Under the pieces are notes generated by a model that saw nothing but the letters and a program-made list of their open reading frames with translations, ran no database searches and was not told the origin of the DNA. Shown piece by piece: positions 38,346-47,861 of a stretch of 64,000 bases of DNA (positions within the stretch are counted from its first letter, which is position 1; each line of letters begins with the position of its first letter). The position numbers were made by a program, and so were the translations under genes. The stretch is from Minisyncoccota bacterium (GTDB lineage: Bacteria; Patescibacteriota; Minisyncoccia; Phycocordibacterales; JBAYGS01), in NCBI GenBank assembly GCA_041666545.1, contig JBAYGS010000001.1, forward strand, positions 217,942-281,941. Reading direction: 5' to 3'.

Positions 38346-39047
38346 TTAGCGTTTATCAGCTCCGCGAGCTTTTTCGCCGCAGAGTCGATTGAGATGATTC
38401 GCGAGCTTAAAGATGCTGGTCGCACCGGCCAACTCCCTGAGTTTGTTTCTCTCTTCCGGAGTAAAACCGTCCGAAACCACCAACTGGGCGAGTGGCAAAA
38501 TTGCCTGAACCTGGAAGGCCAAGGCCGAGATTATAAGATCGTGACTGAGATCGGTGTGAATGTTGGCTTCGAATACCGGAACAACTTGCTCTCCCGCCGA
38601 CGACGATTCGCCGGCCGTGAAGACCCGGATTTTCTGAACCAATTCGGCTTGCTTCAGGGCCAGAAATTCCGCAATCTTTTTGAGCCGAACAGGATAAACT
38701 CCGGACCGACCCAAAAGAACTCGCATCAGCGAGTGCGCATTGGGATAGTCCGCAACCTTGGCCGCCTCCCCGAAAGTTATGACCTTAAAGGCCACCAACC
38801 TGCCCAATTCCAACACTTCAGGACTAATCCCTTTCAGTTCGGAAACTTCACAACCGTGGGCATCCAAAAAGTAGCGGAGCCTGACCAAGTTTTCGCCTTC
38901 TGGCATTCTCTTGGTGACAATCCAGTTTTGGACAGTATTCGGATGAAGACCGGTGAATTCCACAATCTTGGCAATTTCCAACGGGTGCTTCGAAACCAAC
39001 TCTGTAAAGCAAAACTCTACACTTCCAGATATTTTTTCCATTTGCAT
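38346..39047 (-). CDS. Putative HTH DNA-binding protein
   Basis: IVEFTGLHPNTVQNW..RMP and a second HTH-like segment FGEAAKVADY. Confidence 0.6.
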   Translation of the reverse strand: MQMEKISGSVEFCFTELVSKHPLEIAKIVEFTGLHPNTVQNWIVTKRMPEGENLVRLRYFLDAHGCEVSELKGISPEVLELGRLVAFKVITFGEAAKVADYPNAHSLMRVLLGRSGVYPVRLKKIAEFLALKQAELVQKIRVFTAGESSSAGEQVVPVFEANIHTDLSHDLIISALAFQVQAILPLAQLVVSDGFTPEERNKLRELAGATSIFKLANHLNRLCGEKARGADKR

Positions 39048-39207
39048 CCTTTCTCATTAACTAGCGTTTTCAAAAGCTAAAAGCGTTGGCTTTGAGCTAA
39101 ACTATTCTGTCCTAAATATACATAACTAACTAGATTTGTCAACAATTTTTGGTATTTAAAAACCCGCCACTTTGGGCGGGTTGTCTCACTCGAAAAACTT
39201 TGACGAA

Positions 39208-40050
39208 TTAGGGCTTCTTTCCCGGCTTGGCCAGTTTGCGGTTGGCATCAAAAGATGCCTCAAACCGTCGTTCCCATTCCTTGAATGACTTCTCCGTCCG
39301 CCTGACCAAACGCTTCACGTGGCAGATAATCGCCTTGGCTGAAGTCTCCGAGATGGTACCATCATCAACACCATTCTTGAGTGTCCTCATTTGGCGAGCC
39401 ACACTCGCCGAATGACTACGGAACTTGGTACTGAAGGCCGCGTTGAATTCTCCGGCACCGATTTTCTTGACCGGCTTGCCCGACAATTTGCCCCGAAGAG
39501 TCCGACCGTCGACCTCGTATCTCGCCGCCGCCTCCACAACCGTGAGCCCTTCGTCAACAACTGCGTGGACTGCTTGATTGAGCCGCGCCTCGGCAATGTT
39601 TGACTTGGCATCATCCACTACCCGAATGGCAAATTCGCGCGGGAAGCCGCTGATTCCAATCAGCTGATCGATAATCTGGCGCCGCGTCTGCTTTTGTTTG
39701 AAAAGCAACTCGGCGGTATGGACCAAATCCTGTTGAGTCGGCGGCAGAGACCCGCCCAGATTGGCTTGGCAAGCCAGAACGATGAGCTTCGTCCGGTCTT
39801 GCTCCTTCGCAATGCCGAATTCAGCTTCAACCACTTCAAGGCGCTCGAGGGCCGCGAAGCGATGCCGACCATCCACCAGATTGTCAGACTGATCAATTAC
39901 CGGCAGATCAACCGCCGCCTTAGCCGCGTAAAGGCCCATAAAAAAAGCCACTCGACTTTCAATGAGGTGAGTCCGGACATAAAACGGCACTTTGACAACT
40001 GCAAGCTTGCGATTTTCCCGACGACTGATTTCAATACCGTTGAGTTGCAC
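39208..40050 (-). CDS. ParB/Srx N-terminal domain protein with HTH
   Basis: LVDGRHRFAA motif; C-terminal LTVVEAAARYEVD HTH. Confidence 0.75.
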   Translation of the reverse strand: MQLNGIEISRRENRKLAVVKVPFYVRTHLIESRVAFFMGLYAAKAAVDLPVIDQSDNLVDGRHRFAALERLEVVEAEFGIAKEQDRTKLIVLACQANLGGSLPPTQQDLVHTAELLFKQKQTRRQIIDQLIGISGFPREFAIRVVDDAKSNIAEARLNQAVHAVVDEGLTVVEAAARYEVDGRTLRGKLSGKPVKKIGAGEFNAAFSTKFRSHSASVARQMRTLKNGVDDGTISETSAKAIICHVKRLVRRTEKSFKEWERRFEASFDANRKLAKPGKKP

Positions 40051-40147
40051 ACTAATCCTTTCGTTGAGTTAAACTTGTTGTTTTCGAACTTCTTTTCGCA
40101 GTATACACAGATAGCAAGTCCTGTCAATATTTACAATAGTTTTTTAA

Positions 40148-40801
40148 TTAGTTTAATTTTTCGGCTTGTCCGATTGAAAAATCGCCGATTTGGGTCCGCC
40201 TTAATGCCTGAAGGGTGGCCGGTAGGCCTAGTTTATAACCAATTTCTTCGGCCAGAGTACGAATGTAGGTGCCACTGCCGACTTCAAAATCAGCCTTGAT
40301 AATCTGATACTGACCGTCTTGTAAAAAACTCTTAAGAATTATTTTTTTCACTGTCATCGGCTTTTTGGGTAGCTCAATTTTCTCTCCCCGCCGAGCTTTT
40401 TTGTAAAGCGCTTCCCCACCCTGTTTGATTGCTGAATACGCCGGCACGGCAAACTCGTGCGTGCCGATTAGCTCCTTAAGTGCCACTTTTAAAGCCTCGG
40501 CTGTAACCTGGGCAGAAACCGTCTCCAAAATTTTCCCCTGAAGATCACCTGTATCAGTTTTCACGCCTAACAAAATTCCCGCCTCGTACACTTTTGGTAA
40601 TTTAAGAAATTCATTCAGCCTCTTGGTAGCTGGGCCATAGGCAATAATCATTAAGCCAGAAGCCATCGGGTCAAGTGTGCCGGCGTGACCCATCTTCCAT
40701 TTTGGTTCACCTTTTTTGGCGCCGAATTTAGTCCTTAGCCGACGAATCACATCGAAAGAAGTGATGCCGGACGGTTTATCAATTAGAATTATTCCTTCCA
40801 T
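40148..40801 (-). CDS. truB: tRNA pseudouridine(55) synthase
   Basis: DKPSGITS, GHAGTLDP and GTYIRTL motifs. Confidence 0.96.
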   Translation of the reverse strand: MEGIILIDKPSGITSFDVIRRLRTKFGAKKGEPKWKMGHAGTLDPMASGLMIIAYGPATKRLNEFLKLPKVYEAGILLGVKTDTGDLQGKILETVSAQVTAEALKVALKELIGTHEFAVPAYSAIKQGGEALYKKARRGEKIELPKKPMTVKKIILKSFLQDGQYQIIKADFEVGSGTYIRTLAEEIGYKLGLPATLQALRRTQIGDFSIGQAEKLN

Positions 40802-40906
40802 AAGCCAATTCTAGGCAAAGTTGAAGGAAAAACAAGCCCTGCCTCCGGCTTTTAGAGCTTTTAACGGCTCAAATGGTGGAAATGAGCCGTTAACTAAAAT
40901 GTAGAT

Positions 40907-41245
40907 TTAAGCCAACTGTCGACGCAACATTAAGCCGTCAGTGATTCTAAGTGACCGATAAATATCCCGAATCAGAAAAAGTCCAGAGGCTAAAATCGCC
41001 AAAATCGATAACTGAACAATAAAATCAGTGCGCAAAAATGCCTGGGCAAAAAATTCGATTGCCGCCAAGCGGTCGGCCACACCCATCGAGTTGGCAACCA
41101 CATGACCGACCGAGACCAGGGAGGCTGTGAGACCGGTAAAGAGCACGACGGCCGAGATCTCCAAAACTACAGGCTGGAAAACCCGCTTTAGATAGAAAAG
41201 GAACTTGACCCTCGCCATGACATTTTGTTTGATAGTTTGAGACAT
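40907..41245 (-). CDS. Membrane protein, putative anti-sigma factor
   Basis: Two or three TM helices, directly downstream of the ECF sigma gene. Confidence 0.6.
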   Translation of the reverse strand: MSQTIKQNVMARVKFLFYLKRVFQPVVLEISAVVLFTGLTASLVSVGHVVANSMGVADRLAAIEFFAQAFLRTDFIVQLSILAILASGLFLIRDIYRSLRITDGLMLRRQLA

Positions 41246-41248
41246 TTT

Positions 41249-41839
41249 TTAAATTAGATTAGTGCTGGCTTTTTTGTATTCCTTCTTGGCTCGGTGCAAT
41301 CTGGTCCTGACGGCTGAAATCGAAATTCCTTCGGCGGTCGCGATATCTTCAGAAGTTTTGCCATCTACCACGATACTCTGCAGTAGGCTTTTGGCTCCGG
41401 AAGAAATTTTGGAAATAACTGACAAAAATTCATCAAGCTCGAGGTGCTTTTGCCAACTATCAGCCTTATCAGGCAGATTCTCCACCACCTCCGGTTCCAA
41501 ATCCATCAGACGAGTCTTCTCCAGATTTAGCTTCTTCATCTTGGTGAAGCAGGTGTTGAGCAAAATTCGATAGGCCCAAGATTTGAATGAAGCACCGGGG
41601 ACCGGCCGATACTTGGAGGCGTTAAGATAGATTTTCACGAAAGCATCCTGAACAATATCTTGCACCTCATCCGAAGCGCGTAGCATCATCCGCAGTTTTC
41701 GCACAAACGCATCCTCGTAGCGATCCACGATAACTGAAAAAGCATCTGGATTTTTGATTGAATACACCAAAACTTCCTCATCGGAAAGATTTTCGAGATG
41801 AGAGTTCAGATTCACGATTTCAGCTTCTAGTAAAGACAT
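41249..41839 (-). CDS. ECF sigma factor
   Basis: DIVQDAFVK, FKSWAYRI and VRTRLHRAK motifs. Confidence 0.92.
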   Translation of the reverse strand: MSLLEAEIVNLNSHLENLSDEEVLVYSIKNPDAFSVIVDRYEDAFVRKLRMMLRASDEVQDIVQDAFVKIYLNASKYRPVPGASFKSWAYRILLNTCFTKMKKLNLEKTRLMDLEPEVVENLPDKADSWQKHLELDEFLSVISKISSGAKSLLQSIVVDGKTSEDIATAEGISISAVRTRLHRAKKEYKKASTNLI

Positions 41840-42028
41840 GCCGATTACTAAATAGACTAAGAATTTAAAGGCATTAGGGAAGGTTGCCCTTCCCTAGAAC
41901 CCACTTCCATATTTTAAATGGGTCCTTAGCCAGCTTACAATTTGCGACCTTTGCTTTATATAACCGTAAGCTAGCGATTTCATTTCAACAACTACACTGT
42001 GCCAAAAAAATGAAATTTAGTCAAAAAA

Positions 42029-42082
42029 GTTAAGCACCCTTACGAATAGGCCCTGCCTGCCGGCAGGCAGGGCATGCGAATA
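42029..42082 (+). repeat. 33-bp repeat containing a palindrome insertion
   Basis: gttaagcacccttacgaataggc-cctgcctgccggcaggcagg-gcatgcgaata. Confidence 0.75.
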
Positions 42083-42115
42083 AAAAATCCCCACATGCAA
42101 GCATGCGGGGAAATA

Positions 42116-42322
42116 GTGGCCGGTTCACGGGTCGGGTTCAAGCCCTGCTCAAGGGCGTCAGTTGTCGGCCAGAAGGGCGACACCTATCAGCTATTGGGCT
42201 TTCGGCTCTCGGTTGTTTACGGACTCCTCGGCAGCATCGGCAAGGAAGTGGATAGCACTCCGTTGCGTCATTAGCGCGAGGGGCGCTTTTTTACCCCCGT
42301 TCCTAAGACATGAACTAGCCAA
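42116..42322 (-). ncRNA. Candidate structured ncRNA (~205 nt)
   Basis: Promoter TTGCGT...TAGTAT, terminator at 42082-42112, a 5'/3' closing stem and no sizeable ORF on this strand. Confidence 0.45.
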
Positions 42323-42368
42323 GGTCGATACTAGCACAACCATAATTTTACGCAAGTCTGGACCAAAT

Positions 42369-43004
42369 TTAATGGATTTTGGTTTGCCTCTGATTTGTCG
42401 TGTCTACAGAACGTAGTGTGACTGAAATCAGGGAATCCATCGCACTCTTCACCGGGCTAACCCGATAATCAACATCGTACTGCATCAGCCGATTCAAAAT
42501 CAGCTCGCCTTTGCTTAAGACTAGGACCAGGCCGACCGAATCGCCACCACTTTCACTATCTTGGGCAGAGCCGGGCACAACCGAAAAGATGTCGACATCC
42601 GGCAATTCACGATGGATAAATGTCCGGCCATGGTTTTTGATAAGCACCAACCAATTATCATCAGACGGAACCGGAAATGGCGTACTCCCCTCCGTCTCCG
42701 GAAAAACTCTAATCCAGAGGTGGTGCGTTCTGGAATCAAAACGGACTTCGAAATCAACCGGCGTGTTGTCAAAAAGTCTTTCGCTTAGATTCAAGGTGAT
42801 ACCCCAGCCGATTAGATCTCTGGGTTCCAAAATCATCGCACTTTTACCGTAAGCATCCTTAACCGTGGAGAGGCCGGACATCGCCATTTTGAAAGGACTT
42901 CCCAATATTTTTTCCGGCGACGCGACAGTCGAAACTGGCCGAACCGGCGAAGCGCAACCGACAAAAAGCACTGACAAGAAACCGAGCAAGCTTATAATTT
43001 TCAT
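42369..43004 (-). CDS. Hypothetical lipoprotein
   Basis: Lipobox FVGC; TTGACA promoter. Confidence 0.7.
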   Translation of the reverse strand: MKIISLLGFLSVLFVGCASPVRPVSTVASPEKILGSPFKMAMSGLSTVKDAYGKSAMILEPRDLIGWGITLNLSERLFDNTPVDFEVRFDSRTHHLWIRVFPETEGSTPFPVPSDDNWLVLIKNHGRTFIHRELPDVDIFSVVPGSAQDSESGGDSVGLVLVLSKGELILNRLMQYDVDYRVSPVKSAMDSLISVTLRSVDTTNQRQTKIH

Positions 43005-43161
43005 AAGTGCCTTGAGCTGAATTTTCTATAACCAAGGTATGCCTAAAAGAACTTCATGTCAACGAATTGCCACATTATTCCCAATCTGCTATCGTACAGA
43101 CAGGTCAAAATCTCCATAAACCCCAAACCGACCTAAAGCATCGCATGCTCGGTCAAGAAAG

Positions 43162-43389
43162 GTGGTGATTCAGGTGTTAGTACAGCAAGCCTTCCCCGGT
43201 CGACAAGTCCAAAAAGGCAGTCGCATCGGGACAGTATTCAAAATTCTGCCGGCCACCCAGCAGATTATTGTGGAATTACCGATCCCTCCGGGCAGTGAAA
43301 GTCGCAAGACTCCAAAACTGGAAACCTGGAACGCTTCGGATTGCACCTCGCTCGCAAGAAGCGAAGTGACTGAAACAAGTCAGGAGTAA
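43162..43389 (+). CDS. Small hypothetical protein (start may be the GTG at 43174)
   Basis: SD AAGAAAGG, leader hairpin at 43130-43154 and terminator at ~43393-43421. Confidence 0.55.
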   Translation: MVIQVLVQQAFPGRQVQKGSRIGTVFKILPATQQIIVELPIPPGSESRKTPKLETWNASDCTSLARSEVTETSQE

Positions 43390-43459
43390 CACGGGAAGCG
43401 TTGACGCACGCTTCCCTTTTTCATTTCATTTCTAAATACCGGCACAACCACTTTTGGGA

Positions 43460-44698
43460 TTACTCATACCTTAGGGCCTCAATCGGACTTTTCTTAGCCG
43501 CCTGTTTAGCCGGATAAACTCCGAACACCAGACCAACTGAACCGGAAACCGCCAGGCCGATAATGAGCGCCAGATAAGGGAAATCGTACTGCCAGCCCAG
43601 TCCAACCACTTTGCCAATTATAATTGAGGCGCCAAAAGAAATAATTACCCCCAGAATGACTCCGACCAACCCGCCGAGCAAAGTTAGAATAACCGCCTCA
43701 AATAAAAATTGAAGCATAATGTCGCGATTGGAAGCGCCGACAGCTTTGCGTAAACCAATTTCTTTCGTTCGTTCCGTCACCGACACTAGCATAATATTCA
43801 TGATGCCAATACCGCCAACTACCAGAGAAATCGCGGCCACCGCCACCAAAAATAAGGTTAGCGCTGTAGTGATGACACTAAGCCGGCTCGCCAAGTCAGC
43901 TTGAGTTTGCACGAAAAAGTCATCTTTGCTCGGGTCACTAATCGAGTGATTGGCCCGCAAAGTCCTCTCCACATCAAACACGGTAGCCGAAATCAATTCT
44001 TCAGACTCGGCCTCAATCATAAAGCGGTGAAAGTATTTGATGCCGAAAATAAATTGTTGAGCCGTGGTATAGGGCACGATCGCCACCTCGTCAAAATTGA
44101 AAAAAGAAACCTGGCCTTTGGCCGCCAAAACTCCGACTACCCGAAAAGTCCGGCCTTTAATTTTGATTTTTTGTCCCAAAGCGTCGCTCTGTCCAAAAAG
44201 TTCTTTCTTGACCTTGGAACCGATTACCACCACATCGGCCCGACCACGAACATCATCTGCCGTTATAAAAGATCCGGTCTCCGGTTCCATGTCAAAAATC
44301 TGGGCCATTGCCTCCGAGGCACCGAAAATCGTCAATCGATAGGTTTCGTTGTCATAAGATGCCTGTTCACCGCCAAAAACCACCGGCACAATTTTGGCGA
44401 TTGTCGGAGCATTTATTTTTTGTCGCAGAGACTCGAGATCCTTCTGCTTAAGCGAATCGCTAAAAATCTGAGCCGAATCGGCCGGCCCGCTTGGTTCTCG
44501 GCCCGGGATAACCACAACAGTTTTTGAACCCATGCCCTGGATCTGACCAAGGATTAGATTTTGCGCGCCGTTGCCCAAGGAAACAATCACAATAATCGCC
44601 ATAATACCGATAACGATGCCGAGAATCGTCAAAATCGAGCGGCTTTTATTCACCGAGAGACCTCTAACCGCCGTTCTGGCTATATGTTTCAGAGTCAT
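43460..44698 (-). CDS. MacB/FtsX-family ABC permease
   Basis: RSILTILGIVIG, GGIGIMNIMLVSVTERTKEIG and PIEALRYE motifs. Confidence 0.95.
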   Translation of the reverse strand: MTLKHIARTAVRGLSVNKSRSILTILGIVIGIMAIIVIVSLGNGAQNLILGQIQGMGSKTVVVIPGREPSGPADSAQIFSDSLKQKDLESLRQKINAPTIAKIVPVVFGGEQASYDNETYRLTIFGASEAMAQIFDMEPETGSFITADDVRGRADVVVIGSKVKKELFGQSDALGQKIKIKGRTFRVVGVLAAKGQVSFFNFDEVAIVPYTTAQQFIFGIKYFHRFMIEAESEELISATVFDVERTLRANHSISDPSKDDFFVQTQADLASRLSVITTALTLFLVAVAAISLVVGGIGIMNIMLVSVTERTKEIGLRKAVGASNRDIMLQFLFEAVILTLLGGLVGVILGVIISFGASIIIGKVVGLGWQYDFPYLALIIGLAVSGSVGLVFGVYPAKQAAKKSPIEALRYE

Positions 44699-44701
44699 AA
44701 A

Positions 44702-45433
44702 TTATTTCATAAAAACACTTCGCTTTGACACCTTGCTATCGCTCTCAATCGAGCCGTCCTTGATCCTGATAATCCTGCCGGCCTGTTCGGCCGTATAGGT
44801 CTCGTGGGTAATCAAAACAATCGTGTGCCCGTGCTCCTCATTAAGTTTACGGATAATATCCATGACCACTTGGCCAGATTTTGAATCCAAATTGCCAGTT
44901 GGCTCATCGGCGAAAATAATCTCCGGCCTGACAACCAGAGCGCGGGCAATAGCCACTCGTTGTTTTTCTCCGCCGGAGAGGCCGGCTGACTCGTGGTGCA
45001 TCCGGTGCGACAAGCCGACCGAGTCAATGGCCCGCTCGGTCCGCTCTTGCCATTCAGATTCCGGAATTCTTGAATAGAAAAGGGGCAAGCGAACATTTTC
45101 AAAAACCGTAGTCCTCGGCAACAGGTTGAAGGCCTGAAACACAAAGCCAATTTTTTCATTACGCAACTTGGCCGACTCGTCCTCGCCAAAATGCTCAAAA
45201 CGACGGCCACCAAAATAATATTCGCCGGAAGTCGGGTAATCCAAAAAACCCAAAATGTGAAGCAGGGTCGATTTACCCGAACCGGACGGTCCCATAATCG
45301 CCACAAACTCGCCTGCCTTGATTGAGAAGGAAATCCCTTGGAGAACCTTGGTCTCTTCCCCGCCTTCATCAAAATAAGACTTGTGTATATCGCGAGTCTC
45401 GATTGCCACTGCCGAATCTTTAGACTGGGACAT
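44702..45433 (-). CDS. LolD/MacB-family ABC ATPase
   Basis: GPSGSGKS, LSGGEKQR and ADEPTGNLD motifs. Confidence 0.95.
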   Translation of the reverse strand: MSQSKDSAVAIETRDIHKSYFDEGGEETKVLQGISFSIKAGEFVAIMGPSGSGKSTLLHILGFLDYPTSGEYYFGGRRFEHFGEDESAKLRNEKIGFVFQAFNLLPRTTVFENVRLPLFYSRIPESEWQERTERAIDSVGLSHRMHHESAGLSGGEKQRVAIARALVVRPEIIFADEPTGNLDSKSGQVVMDIIRKLNEEHGHTIVLITHETYTAEQAGRIIRIKDGSIESDSKVSKRSVFMK

Positions 45434-45438
45434 GTTTT

Positions 45439-46971
45439 TTAATTTATGATCACCGTATCGCCCACTTCCAGTCCGGAAATCACCTCCACCAGGCCATCGT
45501 TGCTACGAATGCCGATTTTTACATCCTTATTCACGATTTCATTGCCGACCAGAACTTTAACAAAACTACCACCATTTTGACCGATAACCGCCCGCTGTGG
45601 CACAGCCAAAGCCTTTTCTTTGGTGGCGGTAATAATATCCAAGTTTGCCGTCATACCAGAACGAATTCTCTCATCTTCAGTTTTGAATTCGAGCAGAATT
45701 CGATAAGTGGAAACATTTTCAATCACTGTTTCAGCTGGGTCCATGAAGACCACCTCGGCTGGAAATTCTATTTCACTGCTATAGGCGTCTAAGGTCACCC
45801 GGGCCTGATCCTTGAGATGGATTTTGGCCACATCCGCCTCCGGCACATAAGCCTCAATGTGCAAGGTTGAACCAAAGAGTGATACTAAAATCTTACCGGC
45901 AGTAGCAATCTCGCCAACCTTGGCATCCTGAACGCTCACTACTCCGGCGAAAGGCGCGCGGATTACGGTTTTCGCCAGCTGGCTTTTCAGATTGAGGACA
46001 TTGGCTTCGGACGATTTCAGTGAAGCCTCTGCGGCCTCAAGGTCTCCGGCTGTCGCGCCGGCCAATGACAACTTGAGATTATTATTTTCCAGACGCAAGT
46101 TGGAATCGGCCGCCCGCAACTTTTCACCGGCGGTTGTCAAATTGGAAATAGCAGTATTGATATTCGTGCGCGCCGTTAGAATATCGGCCTTATAGGAGTC
46201 AATTGTCGTCTGGGTCAAACTGGCCGAAGCCTGCAAGGCGTTGACCACAAAAGACACATCGTTTAGGAAATTGTTGATGACAAAAAGATTGTCGCTGGCG
46301 CTTGCCAAATAAGTTAGGAGGTCGGAGCTTATGGTCAGGTTGACCAAGCTTGTCTGCCAGAGAGTCAGGGTCCCTTCCAGGGCCAGCCGTGTTGATTCGA
46401 TCTTGGCCGCCAGTTGAGAATCGACTTGAAAATTTAGTTTAGGATTTTGAGCGCGCGGATTGGTGATAAACTGATCAACTTTAGCTCGAATCGCGTCATC
46501 CGACTTTACAAAGGCGTCATTAAGCTTGTCGACCAAATTTTTCCGAGCATCCGTAAGCGTCACTTCGGCGTTGTCGACTTTCACTCTGGCAATGTCGATT
46601 TCCTCCGGTCTCGTGCCGCGTTTCAGCTGATCAAGTTCAGCCTGCGTCCGGTCTCTTTCCGCTTCAGCTTGAAGCAACTTGGCGAAAATTTCCGAGCTAT
46701 CTAGGGCCACGATGGCGTCGCCAGCCTTGACGACACTACCGACATCTCGATACACCGCGCTAATTAGGCCGCTATTTTCAAAGCCCAGCTTAACATCATT
46801 TTTCGCAACCACTTTGCCGGTCACGCTTACCTCTTGAGTTAAAGTCTGCGGAGATACCACAATAGTTTGCAATTCAACTTTTTTGGGCGAGAAAATCAAA
46901 AACAAAGCGATGACGATTAAAACCAGAACGATTGAGGGGATATAGAAAATCGGCTTTTTTAGATGTTTCAT
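45439..46971 (-). CDS. HlyD/MacA-type periplasmic adaptor with a long coiled-coil
   Basis: N-terminal TM; lipoyl halves (IRAPFAGVV); RSGMTA motif. Confidence 0.9.
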   Translation of the reverse strand: MKHLKKPIFYIPSIVLVLIVIALFLIFSPKKVELQTIVVSPQTLTQEVSVTGKVVAKNDVKLGFENSGLISAVYRDVGSVVKAGDAIVALDSSEIFAKLLQAEAERDRTQAELDQLKRGTRPEEIDIARVKVDNAEVTLTDARKNLVDKLNDAFVKSDDAIRAKVDQFITNPRAQNPKLNFQVDSQLAAKIESTRLALEGTLTLWQTSLVNLTISSDLLTYLASASDNLFVINNFLNDVSFVVNALQASASLTQTTIDSYKADILTARTNINTAISNLTTAGEKLRAADSNLRLENNNLKLSLAGATAGDLEAAEASLKSSEANVLNLKSQLAKTVIRAPFAGVVSVQDAKVGEIATAGKILVSLFGSTLHIEAYVPEADVAKIHLKDQARVTLDAYSSEIEFPAEVVFMDPAETVIENVSTYRILLEFKTEDERIRSGMTANLDIITATKEKALAVPQRAVIGQNGGSFVKVLVGNEIVNKDVKIGIRSNDGLVEVISGLEVGDTVIIN

Positions 46972-47177
46972 TTAGTTTAGAAAATTTAGTTTATTCATCT
47001 TAGCACAGATTTTTGCCAAAATTAAAGAGGGTCTCGGTTTGGGTAGTCTTTGGGTATAATAGGTTCAATCGATTGACAACAATTTATTACCCTGATACCA
47101 TTTTCAACTGGTTGTTCTTTGCAAGATTGCAGGAACTAGGTATAAAGCACAAACAAAAACAAGTAAAGAAAGGCAGA

Positions 47178-47861
47178 ATGAGGCATATCAAAACTGCAGT
47201 GGTGTTGATCGGTCGGAGCGGTTGTGGCAAGGGCAAGGGCGCAGAACCTCTTCGGCAAATGGGTATCTCGGTTCTGGAAACTGGAGCACTCTTCCGCGAG
47301 ATGAAACAGCAGGCCAAGCATAGTCCGTCCATCGACTGCATCGATTCCGGAATCTTGGTGGCCGACGAAACGGTCATGTGGCAAGTCAAACTTTGGCTCA
47401 CCGCGCACAAGGAAAAGATGATTGTGCTCGATGGCGCTATCCGGACAGAGCAACAGGCCAACACTATCGTCCAAGAACTGAAGAGTCGTGGCTATCAGCT
47501 GGCCACCTTTTGGTTCAACGCCTCGGAGCAGGCTTGTCGGAACAGAATCACCAAACGGGCTTCCGAAACCCAGGACGGCCGCGTCGACGACTCGACTGTC
47601 GAATCGATCGACCACAAACTGAAGGCCTTCGACCAGAAGACCTTGCCAATCAAGCCCTTCATGCAGAGTCCGCAGGTCAGCCACCAATTCGTGGAGGTTG
47701 CTGAGGATCTCGGCGTGCAAGAAGTCCAGAGCCTGATCATGCACAGCCTGGGACTGATCTCTAACGCCCGAATCACCTCAAGCAATCAGCCGGCAGTCTT
47801 CGTGGCGCCGGCGCTCGCTCGCCAGATCTTCAAGGATGAGCCACACCCGGTTGAGCCTTGA
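47178..47861 (+). CDS. Adenylate kinase-like NMP kinase
   Basis: GRSGCGKG, TGALFR, LDGAIR..QA and RVDD motifs; SD AAGAAAGG. Confidence 0.82.
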   Translation: MRHIKTAVVLIGRSGCGKGKGAEPLRQMGISVLETGALFREMKQQAKHSPSIDCIDSGILVADETVMWQVKLWLTAHKEKMIVLDGAIRTEQQANTIVQELKSRGYQLATFWFNASEQACRNRITKRASETQDGRVDDSTVESIDHKLKAFDQKTLPIKPFMQSPQVSHQFVEVAEDLGVQEVQSLIMHSLGLISNARITSSNQPAVFVAPALARQIFKDEPHPVEP

